From NCBI GenBank assembly GCA_951406725.2, contig OX597831.1, positions 48,794,001-48,858,000 of the forward strand: a DNA stretch of 64,000 bases, in the 5' to 3' direction. Each line of letters begins with the position of its first letter. Within the stretch, counting starts at the first letter, position 1. The notes below the pieces were generated by a model. It saw nothing but the letters and a program-made list of their open reading frames with translations, was not told where the DNA came from and did no database searches. Below, one piece after another: positions 27,997-41,194 of this stretch. Position numbers and translations under genes: made by a program. The DNA is from Octopus vulgaris (lineage: Eukaryota).

Positions 27997-28395
27997 TCTT
28001 TATATATAAAAGTAAGGTTGTGTGTCTGTCTCCTATGATTTAGATTCCTAACTACTCCCACATTTTGCGGTGCAGTTTAACCAAAACCGGATATCTTATA
28101 GTTGTGATTCATATCGAGCCCTTCTGGGTATTAGCGCGCATCTACGATGAGTCTACGATTTAAAAAAAAATTTACCATCATTATTTTCCATTTTAATGCC
28201 TTTTTTCGCTATTATATAAGGGAAGTAACTCTCTAAAAATGTCTACGATGAGTCAACGATTTTTAAAAAAATTTACCATAATTTTTTTTCCATTTTTAAT
28301 GCATTTTTTTTGCTATTTTTTGGCTATAGCTCTCTAAAAATGCTTATATAGTTATTTCCCTTACAAACCCGAGCAACGCCAGGCGATACTGCTAG
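27997..28395 (+). mobile_element. Non-autonomous Helitron
   Basis: Starts TC after A and ends CTAG before T. Subterminal GC-rich hairpin-like cccgagcaacgccaggc; internal duplication of about 100 bp (tctacgatgagtc at 28141 and 28242). Confidence 0.75.
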
Positions 28396-28510
28396 TATAT
28401 ATATAAATATATATAAAAATACTGTAGTTGACATCAGGTAGCTGAATACTGTGAACAGGCTTTAAACAGCATACTACAATGTGTATACCTGAATATAAAC
28501 TATTGCATAT

Positions 28511-28560
<50 letters not shown>

Positions 28561-28807
28561 GTATATGGAGAGGGAAGTTTAATGCTCATTCAGGTGCAGA
28601 AATGAGAGGAAAAATGTTATTCAATATATCGCATAAAATGTTTTCATTTATTTGGAGCTAAGGTTTCATTCCATTGCTCTTTGAGTTAACCAATGCCATT
28701 ACATTCCTCAAGTTAGTTGCCTTGGGGACTGCAAACAAGTAATGGGAAACTTGGCATAGCTAGGGAATGAAGAACCCACTTTGATTGCATGTGTATGTGT
28801 ATGCGTG

Positions 28808-28843
<36 letters not shown>

Positions 28844-29639
28844 TATATATATGTATGCATGTACATATATATATATGTACATATGTATATATGTATATAT
28901 ATTATACATTTGCATGTTCTTGTGCATGTGTATGTACGTATGTATGTATGTATGTATGTATGTATGTATGTATGTATGTATGTATGTATGTATGCATGCA
29001 TGTATTTCAGAGTTGTTCATGTTCGGCAAGTGACTTGATTTGAGACTGTCGAAACTCAAGTAATTTCTTTTTGGAAAGATCCATTGGATCTTCCAGATTG
29101 TAATTGCTATTTATGTATTGTAAGTTGTAAAGCATACGAGAACAAAAACTAATTGAGGAAAAGAAAGGAATGCAAAATTGCCCCTCACATGTACAAACAA
29201 ATTATATTTACATATAGATCTGCTGTGACATATAGGGTGCAGTTAACAGCATTGTAATATATTTCTCCTTGATGTGGATAAACGCAATATATGTAAATCT
29301 TAGGTTATGTAAGGAATCAGCAGCCCAAAATGCATGAGTTTTTAAGACTGATTTGTTACTAAAACATAGAAAGTGGGGAAAAAATATCATTGCAAATTAG
29401 AAGGAGAGAGAGAGAGCCACAGAGAAGGAGGTGGTGAGTGAGAGATTTCAATTTTCCAAAATTATGGAAACGCATGTTATTTAAAATATCTTTGTTTGAA
29501 GTGTAATGCCCTTGTAGTTGTTTTATAACTTAAGACTAGCCTCACTCAAATTCTTTGATCAAAAGCTCTCCAACTGTGACACGATCATCTTTTTGGATAC
29601 CAAGCACGATTTTGTTTAACACTTTAGCATAACGATCTT

Positions 29640-30020
29640 ACAAACAATAACTCTGAGCACCTTTTCAAACTCCACCTGTCTAACACCTGTGGACATGTTT
29701 ACAAGGTCAGAAAACAGCACAGCTCCCATGAATTTCGGGAACATTTTTTCACGCTAAGAGTTGCTGAAGTATGGAACAGACTGCCCGCATCAGTTGTTAG
29801 TTGTCAGAACACTGCATCCTTCAAAACTTCCATTCTTCCTGAGATTCGTCAACACTACACCTGATTTTCTCCCCTCCATACACATGCAAGCATGTATCTG
29901 ACTCATACACTGTTCACTTCCCAGACATTTGTACATTACTGCATATGCTTTATATGCACTTTTGACAAGTTGTGGTGCACCTGATCACTGTATACAATAA
30001 TTTCATTATTATCATTATTA
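29640..30020 (+). mobile_element. CR1/L2-type LINE 3' remnant with ATT tail
   Basis: HLFKLHLSNTCGHVYKVRKQH...FFTLRVAEVWNRLPASVVSCQNTASFKTS, then 3'UTR and (ATT)n. Confidence 0.75.
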
Positions 30021-30117
30021 TTATATTATTATATTGTTCTGTCAAATGTAATGCTTATTTAATCACATTGTTTTGAATTAGCCATGCATTATTTTGTAGC
30101 ATTGAGATTTTGATGAG

Positions 30118-30500
30118 GAGTAGCTTGCTTACCAACCACATGGTCCCGGGTTCAGTCCCACTGTGTGGGACCTTAGGAAACTGTCTTATACTATAGCCTC
30201 AGGTCAACCAAAGCTTTGTGAGTGGATTTGGTAGATGGAAACTGAAAGAAGCCTGTCGTACATATGTATGTATGTATGTATGTGTGTATATGTTTGTGTG
30301 TCTGTGTTTGCCCCCCCCCCAACATCGCTTGACAACTGATGCTGGTGTGTTTACATCTCCGTAACTTTGTGGTTCGGCAAAAGAAACCGATAGAATAAGT
30401 ACTAGGCTTCCGGAGAATAAGTCCCGGGGTTGATTTGCTCGACTTAAAGGCGGTGCTCCAGCGTGGCCACAGTCAAATGACTGAAACAAGTAAAAGAGAA
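30118..30500 (+). mobile_element. SINE family A
   Basis: Nearly full copy. Confidence 0.85.
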
Positions 30501-31109
30501 AAAAAGAGAGAAAAAAAGAGAAAAGTAAGAAAGAAAAAGAAAGGAAGCGGAGAGCATGGAGGAGGTGTTGGTGATGATGGTGGTGGTGGTGGTGGTGGTG
30601 GTGGTGGTGGTAGTGGTGGTGGTGATGAGTGAGCAGACAAAAGTTTTTGCTTTGAAAGAATTGCAGTGATGGCAATGACTAAGTTGATGACAATGATGAC
30701 GATGATGACGATGATGATGATGATGATGACGGCAACGATGACGACGATGATGATGACAATGGTGATGATTGTGTTAAGGATCATAATAACGATAATAGAG
30801 ACTGATTGTGGTTAACTCTTTTGTTACTAAAATAACTTGAAATAGTTTTGATGAGAGTTAAATGTTGCCATGTATGAAGATGTACTTTAGTTTGTTTTTT
30901 TTTTGTTTGTTTTTTTTTGCTTTGTTCTTTTTCTTTTCTTTTCTATTGCTTTTTTGTGTTCTCTTTTTGTTTTAGCTTCCTGCTGCCAAAATCATCATCT
31001 ATAAATACAGACTTCACAGTCTGTAATTCCTTTCTTTCATAGGAAAAACTTTTGTCTGCTCAACCATCACCCCCACCCCACCCCACCCCCACCACCATCA
31101 TCACCAACG

Positions 31110-32340
31110 CCTCCTCCATGCTCTCCTCTTCTTTTCTTTTTTCTTTCTTACTTTTGTTTAACCCTTTTCCTTTTTTCCCCCCTTCCTTCTCTCTTTATTC
31201 TCTCCCTTCTTTCTTTTCGCCTTTTTCCCTTTTCATTCCTCCAGCTTCTAATTCTTTCTTTCCTCCTTTATTTCTTTCAAGCTATCATTCTTTACTTTCT
31301 TTCTTTCTTTCTTTTCTTTTTTCTTTCTTCCAGTCTTTCTTTCAATCTTTCTTTAGTTTCTTTCTTTATTTTTCCCTCTTTTCTTTCTTTCATTCTTTCT
31401 TTCTTTCATTCAGTTTTCCTTTCTTTCTCTTTTCTTTCTTTCTTCCAGCCTTTTTCAATCTTTCTTTTGTTTCTTTCCTCCTTTCTTTCTTTCAGGCTTT
31501 CTTTCTTTTTTTTTGGGGGGGGGGTCTTTTCTTCTTTTTCCTTTCCCTCTTTCTTTTGGGGGGTTCTTTTCTTTTTCCTTTCTCTCTTTCTTTCTTCAGT
31601 TTCTTTCTTTCTTTTCTCCTTTCCTTCTTTCAATCTTTCTTCCCTCCATTCTTTCTTTCAGTCTCTCTTTACTTTCTTCTTACCTTCTTTCTTTCATTTC
31701 TTTTTTCTTTTCTCCTTTCTTCCTTTCAAGCTTTCTTTTGTTCTTTTCAAGCTATCTTTCTTTCTTTCTTTCAATCTTTCTTTCATTTCTTTTTTCTTTT
31801 CTCCTTTCTTCTTTCAAGCTTTCTTTCTTTTTTCTTTTCTATCTATCTTTCCTTCTTTCTTTCCTTCAATCTTTCTTTCATTTCTTTCTTTCTTTTCTTT
31901 TCTTCCTTTCAAACTTTCTTTCTTTTGTTCTTTTCTATCCTTCTTTCTTTATTTCTATTTTTCAATCTTCCTTTAGTTTCTTTCCTCCTTTCTTTTTTCT
32001 TTAGTTTCTTTCTCTCCTCTATTCTTTCTTTCTTTCTTTCTGTTCTTTCTTTCTTTATTCAGTTTCTTTCTTTCTTTCTCTTCTCCTTTCTTTCCTCCAT
32101 TCTGTCTTCCCTCCATTTTTTCTTTCAGTCTCGCTTTACTTTCTTCTTTCCTTCTTTCTTTCTTTCTTTCATTTCTTTTTTCTTTTCTCCTTTCTTCCTT
32201 TCAAGCTTTCTTTCTTTTGTTCTTTTCTATCCTTCTTTCTTTCTTTCTTTCTTTCTTTCTTTATTTCTATCTTTCAATCTTTCAATCTTTCTTTATTTCT
32301 GTTTTTCAATCTTTCTTTCTTTATTCATTTCTACCTTTCA

Positions 32341-32384
<44 letters not shown>

Positions 32385-32410
32385 TGTCTTTATTACTTCC
32401 TTCTCAACTC
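31110..32410. repeat. About 1.3-kb degenerate (TTTC)n polypyrimidine tract
   Basis: Overwhelmingly C/T on the + strand; the 492-aa F/S/L ORF is a compositional artefact. Confidence 0.95.
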
Positions 32411-32876
32411 CAGCTCATTATCCTCATCAATCACTCTTCCACTTCACTTCTCCTATTCTCTCACCCACCCAATCACGGCTTCCTCTCACACACCAAGACA
32501 CACACTATCGCCCAATATTCCCACACCTAACTTACCCACCACAAACATCCTGTTTCCTTACTCAGATAATATTTGCCATCTTCACAAGTCAATCGTTACA
32601 GTGAGTTTAGAATTCATATGTAAATTTGCTTTTAACCATTTTCCAGAAGCTTCATTTCATTCTCATTCATATACCTACTTTTGTTCTGGCTTTTGATAAC
32701 ACTTTCCTTCTTTTCGTCTTTCCTTCCTTCCTATTCTTTTCTTTCTTACAATCACACATATATACATACATATACATATACATACATATACGTACATAGA
32801 CTTGCATTTATTTGCGAAACTCATTCATAGGTATACATGTAGGCAAATGCCGATGATTATACACATACACACACAT

Positions 32877-33360
32877 ATCATCATCATCATCATTTAACGT
32901 CTGTTTTCCATGCTGGCATGGGTTGGACAATTTTACTGAAAACTGGTAAGCCAGGGAGCTACACTAGGTTCCAAACTGATTTTGCATAGTTTCTATGGCC
33001 AGATGTCCTTCCTAATGCCAACAACCCCAAGCATGTAGTGAGTGCTTTTTATGTGCCACCGGCACAGGTGCCAGTTATGTAACACTGGTATCATCCACAA
33101 CTACGATCTCACTTGGCTTGACTGGTTTCCTCAAGCACAGAGCATTTCCCAACATTCAAAGAAAGCTTTTTATGCACCATCGGCACAGGTGCCAGTTACA
33201 CGATTATGATTTTAGTTGACTTGAGGGTCTTCTCAAGCGCAGCATATCACCAAAGATCTTGGACACTTGTCATTGCCTGCATGAAGCCCACCATTCGAAG
33301 ATCATGCTTCACCACCTCATCCCATGTCTTCCTGGGTATACTTCTTCCACAGGTTCCCTG
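32877..33360 (-). mobile_element. RTE-type LINE 3' end
   Basis: Homologous to 7262-7690 (RKTWDEVVKHD motif on -) with (GAT)n tail. Confidence 0.7.
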
Positions 33361-33439
33361 AGGAAGAAGTAGATTTATATAAATGTATATATATATATAT
33401 CTATGTATATATGTATCTATGTATATATGTATCCATTCA

Positions 33440-33675
33440 AAATGTGACTGTGTGTGTACCGTTGGCGATTTTTTTTCCTCTGTCTTCCTTTCTCTGGATC
33501 TTTCCTTCTCCTGTATTTCCGACGAAGAGCGCCACTCGAAACGTTAAACCCTCCTTCTTTCCTTCTTTCCTTCTTTCCTTCTTTCCTGAGCGTCCAATAA
33601 TACTATATTTGTTCCACATCCTCACGTTGTTGTGTTTTTTTTTGTGCTTTCATGTTTGGATTAACTTTATATGTA
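33440..33675 (+). mobile_element. About 210-bp (TA)n-flanked Penelope-like fragment with degenerate hammerhead (33515-33549)
   Basis: Same family as 41935-42142; attt CCGACGA a gag cgcca ctc GAAA CG TT aaac. Confidence 0.6.
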
Positions 33676-34656
33676 TCTATATATATTCATCATCATCGTT
33701 CAATGTCCGTTTTCCATGCTAGCATGGGTTGGACTGTTCAGCCGGGGTCTAGGAAGCCAGGAGGCTGCACCAGGCTTCAGTCTGATCTAGCAATGTTTCT
33801 ACAGCTGGATGCCCTTCCTAACGCCAACCACTCCGTGAGTGTAATGGGTGCTTTTTATGTGCCACTGGCACAGGTGCCAGCCGAGGCTGGCAATGGCTGT
33901 GATCAGTTGGTGCTTTTTACATGCCACAGGCATAGAAGCCAGTCAATATTGTCGTCTAAATTATGCAAAAATGAAAAAAATACTGACATCTCATTTTAAC
34001 AGATATATTTACCAAAATTACATTAAAGTATCTTGAAATACTAAAGAGTAAATTTTTGCCCCTAGTTGACTTCGGAGTCTTCTGCAACTTTTTTGGATGG
34101 TCTCCTCCTTTAAGTTGGGCAAGGGTCATCTATTATAGCCTCAGGCTGACCAAAACCTTGTGAATGGATTTGGTAGACAGAAACTGAAAGAAGCTTATTT
34201 TTGATATATAGATATATATGTATGTATGTGTGTGTGTGTGTGTATGTGTGTGTTTGTCCCCACCACCATCGCTTGACAACTATTGTTGGCATACTTATAT
34301 AACTGTAACTTAGCAGTTTGGGAAAAAGGGACCAATGGAATAATTACTATACTTGCAAAACATAAGCTCTGGGGTCGATTTCTTCAGCTAAAACCCTTTA
34401 AGGCAGTGCTCCGGCATGGCCACAGTCAAAGGACTGAAACAAGTAAAAGAATAAAAGAATATATATATATATTTATAAAAATAGGGTAAAGTAAAATAAT
34501 TTACTTTACCACACACCGAGCTTTTTAGAAATAGCAGCCAAAAATTTGGCTATTTCTTCAACTGAAAGAAAAAATCTCCCAGACAATGCATACTCAGAAA
34601 TAACTCACATAGGTATAAGGGAAAACCAACGAAAGATCACATCCATATAAGATACC

Positions 34657-34715
34657 CGAGGACAGCCTGTTTCTGGATTAGTGGATTAAACGCCAACATT
34701 TCCTTCATCGGCTCA
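34657..34715 (-). ncRNA. Type-I hammerhead-like motif (U4C variant) inside (TA)n-flanked element at about 34480-34920
   Basis: tgag CCGATGA a gga...tcc a GAAA cag g ctg TC ctcg; GUC cleavage triplet. Confidence 0.45.
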
Positions 34716-34917
34716 GAGATTTCTTCTGATTTAGATTTTGAAAGTACTAAGAATCAAACATACCCGTCCGATATATGTAACACCGGACAAACCATGCCAG
34801 ACCACCAGTACTAGCGAATCCAAAAATACAAATGAGATCTATTATTCTCCCTGTCCTCCCAAGGGAGTCACAGAGTAGTGCATTCCTACAGAGGCAAAAC
34901 TGTAGTTCAAATTCTTG

Positions 34918-34962
<45 letters not shown>

Positions 34963-35228
34963 GTGTGTATATGTTTGTGTGTCTGTGTTTGTCCCCCCTG
35001 AACATCGCTTGACAACTGATGGCGGTGTGTTTACGTCTCCTTAACTTAGTGGTTCAGCAAAATAGACTGATAGAATAAGTGCTAGACTTCTAAAGAATAA
35101 GTCCTGGGGTCGATTTGCTCGACTAAAGGTGATGCTCCAGCATGGCCAGAGTCAAATGACTGAAACAAGTAAAAGAGTATATATAATATATATATGTGTG
35201 TGTGTGTGCAAATATATATATATATGCA

Positions 35229-35286
<58 letters not shown>

Positions 35287-35909
35287 TTTGAATATATATG
35301 TACATACAGTTATATACATACACACTTTTGGCACATAACTCAAATAAACACATGCATACAAATTACACACACATACCCTCACACACACACACAAACACAC
35401 ACAGACATACACATACACACACACACTTAGAGTCAAGTCAAGATAAATATTTATTATCCCAATGTAAACATGCAAATGAAACTTGTGGTTCAATGTCACA
35501 GAAAATACTTTCAAATAGTTAAACTCTCTTGCAAAGATATCCTTGATATAATTGGACAGATAAGGATATAGTCACTGAGGTCTAGTGATAAAAGGATATC
35601 AGTGATTTATATCTGATGTTGTTGTTTATTATTGTTGTTTTTGCTGTTGTTGTTGTTGCTGTTGCTGTCATTGGTGTTGATACAGCACTTCAGTCGTACA
35701 TATTGATACTTTATCTAAATCCTTTGATTCGCTACATTACTTAAATCGCATAGTCTTGTATCTTACTCAAATCACAATGTGATAGGGTTACACTTCGGGG
35801 AAAAACAATAAACAGTAAACAAATGTAAGAGATAACTAAGGTAGAATTTTGATTCATGGATATTTATTGCTTGTACAGATAATATTACAGCTATTGAATC
35901 ACATAATGC

Positions 35910-35923
35910 TGTCATCATCGCCT

Positions 35924-35954
<31 letters not shown>

Positions 35955-35982
35955 CATCATCATCCCCATCACCACCACCACC

Positions 35983-36016
<34 letters not shown>

Positions 36017-36217
36017 CCACCATCATCTTCATCATCGTCATTATCATCATCATCATCATCACCACCATCATCATCTTCATCATCGTCACCATCATCATCA
36101 TCATCATTGTCATCATCACCATCATCATCACCATCACCACCACTATCATCACTACCATCATCATTGTCATCATTATTATCATCATCATCATCATCACCAT
36201 CACCACCACCATCGTCG

Positions 36218-36249
<32 letters not shown>

Positions 36250-36282
36250 GTTGTCACCATCGTCATTGTCATCATCATCATA
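35910..36282. repeat. (CAT/CAC)n trinucleotide array
   Basis: Direct reading; the poly-S/D/M ORFs are artefacts. Confidence 0.95.
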
Positions 36283-36818
36283 GTCATGCTGGCATGCATT
36301 AGATGGTTTAACAGGATCTCGTGGATTGAAGGACTGCATCATAACTGATATGTCTACTTTGGCATGACCTCCATGGATGGATGGCTGAGTGCCCTTCCTA
36401 ATGTCCACCACTCTACTAAAACATACTTGGGTACTTTTACGTAACACCAGCACTAGTAAGGTTGCCATACACTTTACAGAACTAAGACCCCCATTTTTGG
36501 CGGGGACTGAGTGAGGCCCACAGTACAGTGGACTGCATCATTTCACTATGAAATGAGAGGTTAAAGTATGAAAGAAGAAGAAATAACAGAACAGATTCCA
36601 TTACAATGTGATCGTGTTACACCTGAAAACAAGAAATAAATGAAGAATATAGCTATTGTAAACTTGTGATTCAAAGCTGTCGCTGGTGTTACTGATGTTG
36701 TTGCTACTTAATCACATAATTTTAAAAGGTAATAAGCTATAAACAAAGAACATAGTATCTGTACACCACTGGGTCACATCCTCTTATGACTCAGACCCTT
36801 TTTCACCAGATGGTATTT

Positions 36819-37245
36819 TACAAATGCCCCACCTACAAATGCCCTACCTAAAAAAGTCTTATCTACAAATACCCCACCTACAGATGCCCCACCTACAAAC
36901 GTCCCGTCTACAAATGCTCCACCTACAAATGTCTCACCTACAAATGCTCCACCTACAAATGTCTCACCTACAAATGCCCTACCTACAAATGTCCAACCTG
37001 CAAATTTTTCACCTACAAATACCCTACTTACAGATGCTCCACCTACAAATGACCCACCTACAAATGACCCACCTACAAATGACCCACCTACAAATGACCC
37101 ACTTACAAATGTCTCACCTACAGATGCCCCACCTACACATATGTCCCACCTACAAATGTCTCACCTACAGATAAACCACCTATAAATGTCTCACCTACAG
37201 ATGTCCCACCAACAAATGCCCCACTTACAAATGTCCCACCTACCT
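36819..37245. repeat. 15-bp minisatellite (TACAAATGYCYCACC), about 28 units
   Basis: Direct reading; no indels over roughly the first 21 units, some 16-bp units at the end. Confidence 0.95.
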
Positions 37246-38219
37246 ACTCATTTTATCTTTTTATTTTGTCTAAGTCTTTAGACTGCAAACATTTCACAAA
37301 ATTCCTCCTGAACAGGATGCTGGTCTGTTGTATGGTAACTCATTGATGCTGAGTGAACTGGAGCAACATAAAATAAAGTATTTTGCTCAAGAACACAACA
37401 CTCAGACCGTTCTGGGAATCAAACACATTACCTCATAATTGTGAGCCTGACGCTCTAACCACTATATTAGTATATTAGTGTAATATACTAGTATGATATT
37501 CTTAGTGATCCAAACATAATATCCTTGAATCCCTGTAAAACAGTGGTCCAAGGATATCGTTGGTATCATTGCTGATCTCACTGTTTATTATGGTGGGTTA
37601 TCAAATAAATTTATTTATTTATTTCCCATATATTATAATCCTTTTCAGTGTTATGTGAATTGATGCAAAAAATATTTTTTCAGCTCTATATTTAAGAGAC
37701 GAGGAATTATGTGCATTATTTACATTATTTACATATTTTTTTATTGTAGTGTTTCACGGGGGGGGGTGAGATTTTGTTTCTTGTCTTTTTTTTGTTGTTG
37801 TTTTTGTAGCTCTCTTCCTCCTCTAAAACTTTTGCTCAAAATTTTCAAAATATGAATAAATTTTACCTCTTTTCAGTCACATGACAATGGAGTGCCAAGT
37901 AGAAAACAAAAAGAAAAGAGGGAAAAGAATGCATTTATCTAACAACTCAAATACATAACACGTTTTCAACCCTGTTAGTCTTAGCCAACGGGATGTAACT
38001 TACATCTATGAGATCTGAACTCCATAGATAATATTCTCTAAAAGGCACATTCTATAAATAAAAACCAATTTATCTAAAACACCTCAACAGAAACACATAA
38101 GGACATAGGTTCTTACTTAATATTGACAAGTCTTCTCTAATTCTAATATTACACTTTGATGTGTCAGTCTTACATTTTTTTTTAAGCTATACATCATTTT
38201 TCCTTTCCATGTGAGCTGT

Positions 38220-38410
38220 ACATCATTTTCACTTTCACTTTGAACGAAATATGAACATCATCTCTAATTTCATCTTCAGCTTCAAAACTTCCATACTCAT
38301 CAAATGATTCTAAATCATCATCAGAAATACAGTTGATCAAATTCCCATTCATCCCCGTCAGAATATTCTAATTCCTGCAGTACTTCTACAGTTGTGAACA
38401 TCCCATGTTT
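38220..38410 (-). pseudogene. Frameshifted acidic ORF remnant resembling a piggyBac transposase N-terminus
   Basis: MFTTVEVLQELEYSDGDEWEF / ISDDDLESFDEYGSFEAEDEIRDD. The pattern is reminiscent of piggyBac N-termini; not confirmed. Confidence 0.3.
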
Positions 38411-40310
38411 TTGCTTTTCCTCCCCAGGTTTATCTTGGAGGTGCATGGGCAAGTGGTTAGAGTGTTGAACTCATGATCGTAAGATTGTGGTTTCGATTCC
38501 TGGACTGGGTGACATATTGTGTTCTTGAGCAAAACACTTCTTGTTGCTCCAGTCCACTCAGCTGGCAAAAATAAATAATTCTGCAACAGACCAGCCTCTC
38601 GTCCAAGTGGGGAATACATACACCATGGAAATTGGGAAACCAGCCTTTATGAACTGATATGACTCAAGGAGGTAGCCTTGCCTTTTAGTGGACATATGTA
38701 GCTTAGTGGTTAGGGTGTTGGACTCATGACCGTAAGATTGTGGTTTCGATTCCTGGACTGGGTGACACATTGTGTTCTTGAGCAAAACACTTCATTTTAC
38801 ATTGCTTCAATCTACTCAGCTGGAAAAAACGAGTAGTTGTGTGACAGACCAGCATCCCATCCAGGTGGAGAACATATACTCCGTGAAATTGGGAAACTAG
38901 CCCTTATGAGTTGGTATGGCTTGAGAAGGCAGCTATACCTTTTTACCCCAGATATGTCACAGAGAGCTTTGTTTCATCTTTTATTTTTTGCCTGTTTCAG
39001 TCATTGGATTGTGGCCATGCTGGGGTATCGCTTGAAAGGTTTTAGTCAAAAAGAGCTACCCCAGTACTTTTTTAAATTCTGATGCTTATTCTATTAATCT
39101 ATTTTGCCAAACTGCTAAGTTATAATCACTAACTCATGTTTGTCAGCTCAATGCTCTAACCACTGGGCCAAATGCCTTCACAAACAAATTAATACTGTAC
39201 TGACAACAAATCTTTATTCTGATTGGCTAATTTATTATCAGTTTGACATAGTTTTAATGTGGGTTTTCCCCATTCCTGCTATACCAGTAATTAATCAGTA
39301 TATTCCTAGTGTATTGAGAATACGGCTTGACAGGGACAATGGCAGTTTCATCAGAGCCAAAAGAAAGGTACCATCTAAGGCCCTTTTTAGTGACTCATGA
39401 CTTGTAGGAGTAAAAGAAGTGATCCTTAAAACTTACACCATGCCTGAATATTTACTTGCATACATGGAACAGGGTGGGCTGCCCTAAAAGTAGCCATGGG
39501 TACCTCAAGGGTTGGTGTTAAACTTGGTGATAGTCAAGTCTACCACCCAAGAACAGGTACCTAAATCACATAATTTCATTATGTTAAACTTTAATATAAC
39601 AATTTTGTGGACTTGTGATGCAAAGGTATCACTAATATAAGTGATATTACTGGTATCACTGCTACTTGTACAATCCATAAATTACATAATACCATTGTGA
39701 TAAACTTTAAAATGACATATTAATGATATAATTACTGTAAGCTAGTGATTCAAGGATATCCCTTAATTGATATCACAAGGTTATCACTAATATAATTGAT
39801 ACCACAAGAATATCACCGACATTAATAACTGCTAATCACATGTTACTTAAATCATTCTGTCACTGTGAAAAACTCTAAAACCACTAATAGTAGACTAGTA
39901 AAGCAAATATATCACTACTATCACTGATATTAATATTATCACTGTTGTTCATACTTTAAATCACATAATATCAATGTGATAAACTTCAAAACCATTCATA
40001 TCAATGCAAGTCAGTTGGCAGAATTGTTAACACATTCTAAGTACAAATTTTGCCAAGATTGACTTTGCCTTTCATACTTTCGGGGTTAATAAAATGAGTA
40101 CCAGTTAATCACTGGGGTCAATGTAATTGATTTAATCCCTTCCCAGAAATTGCTGGCCTTGTGCCAAAATTTGTAATCAATGTATTACTTCATCGTCATC
40201 ATTGTTTTAGCATCCACTTTTCCATGCTTGCATGGGTCAGAGAGAATTTGATGAGGCGGGTTTTCTCCAGCTGAATGCCAACTCCTTCCCACACAGCCAT
40301 GCCTGCAACT

Positions 40311-40350
<40 letters not shown>

Positions 40351-40502
40351 TAATTAGGGTTCAGCTAATTGCTTCACCACATACCGAATTTAGAAATAGG
40401 AGTTAAAATACCTTTTCTGCTACTATAAGAATCTCCATGATGGTAAACATACTTTTTTACAAAGGCAAAGAGAAAAACAATGAATCAACATGACCAGGAT
40501 TA

Positions 40503-40565
40503 ATTATATACACGTTTCGAGATTAAAGTGATTTAAATTTTACTTACTTCTCTCTTCAGTATAAT
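40503..40565 (-). ncRNA. Minimal type-I hammerhead ribozyme with intact catalytic core
   Basis: attata CTGAAGA gaga [26-nt loop] tctc GAAA c gt g TA tataat: 6-bp stem I, 4-bp stem II, GUA cleavage triplet. Lies in a (TA)n-adjacent element at about 40350-40890. Confidence 0.7.
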
Positions 40566-40906
40566 ATTTCCGATTATAAAATTTGAAAGTGCTAGGGCTG
40601 AATATGCACACAATCAAGCATCATCATGTATCAGATATCCAACCAACACTTCCAAAATTTACAGAACTGAATACACTATTCAAACTCTATACCAACGTGT
40701 ATGCTACGAACAATACCGCAGAAAACTGCAGTATTCTATCATGGAGTAAATTATAATTTTAAATTAATAATAGAAGTGTAAAATTTATTAATCAAATTAA
40801 TTAATTAATTAATTAATAATTTTACCAAGTAGATCGGTACGTTAAAAAAACCTTTATAGCTAAAATTATCCACATAATTATAATTAGGTTATTTATATAT
40901 TTATAT

Positions 40907-40941
<35 letters not shown>

Positions 40942-41194
40942 TGGGATATTTTTATTTCATTTTTTCCCCTCTGTATATATATATAGAGAGAGAGAGGGAG
41001 AGAGAGAGAGAGAGGTGGGGAGGAAATGGGATTAAAAAATCCTGGCAGATATCAAGTAAGCACTCAGTATAAAGGAATAAAGTTAAATTTCCAACATGTA
41101 GATACCAGTAATTGTATCTAGAATATAATTCCCAGGTAAATTCTCATGTATCAAAGGTAAATCCAACAATCCTTATGCAGAATGTTAAGAAATT

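Noticed and set aside
29011-29059. Alternative upstream exon for the YjeF_N gene (MFGN-QEEA via gtgact donor, or LSKLN via gtaatt)
   Set aside because: Weak donor for the first option, in-frame stop for the second, and the acceptor derives from a microsatellite edge.
31052-32530. 492-aa ORF
   Set aside because: F/S/L-only composition from a pyrimidine tract that can hardly contain stop codons; no domain, and the start is not ATG.
35772-36468. Poly-M, poly-D and poly-S ORFs
   Set aside because: Trinucleotide microsatellite that forms the tail of an RTE-type repeat.
36819-37245. CRISPR-like array
   Set aside because: Contiguous tandem units with no unique spacers, eukaryotic context, and no cas genes.
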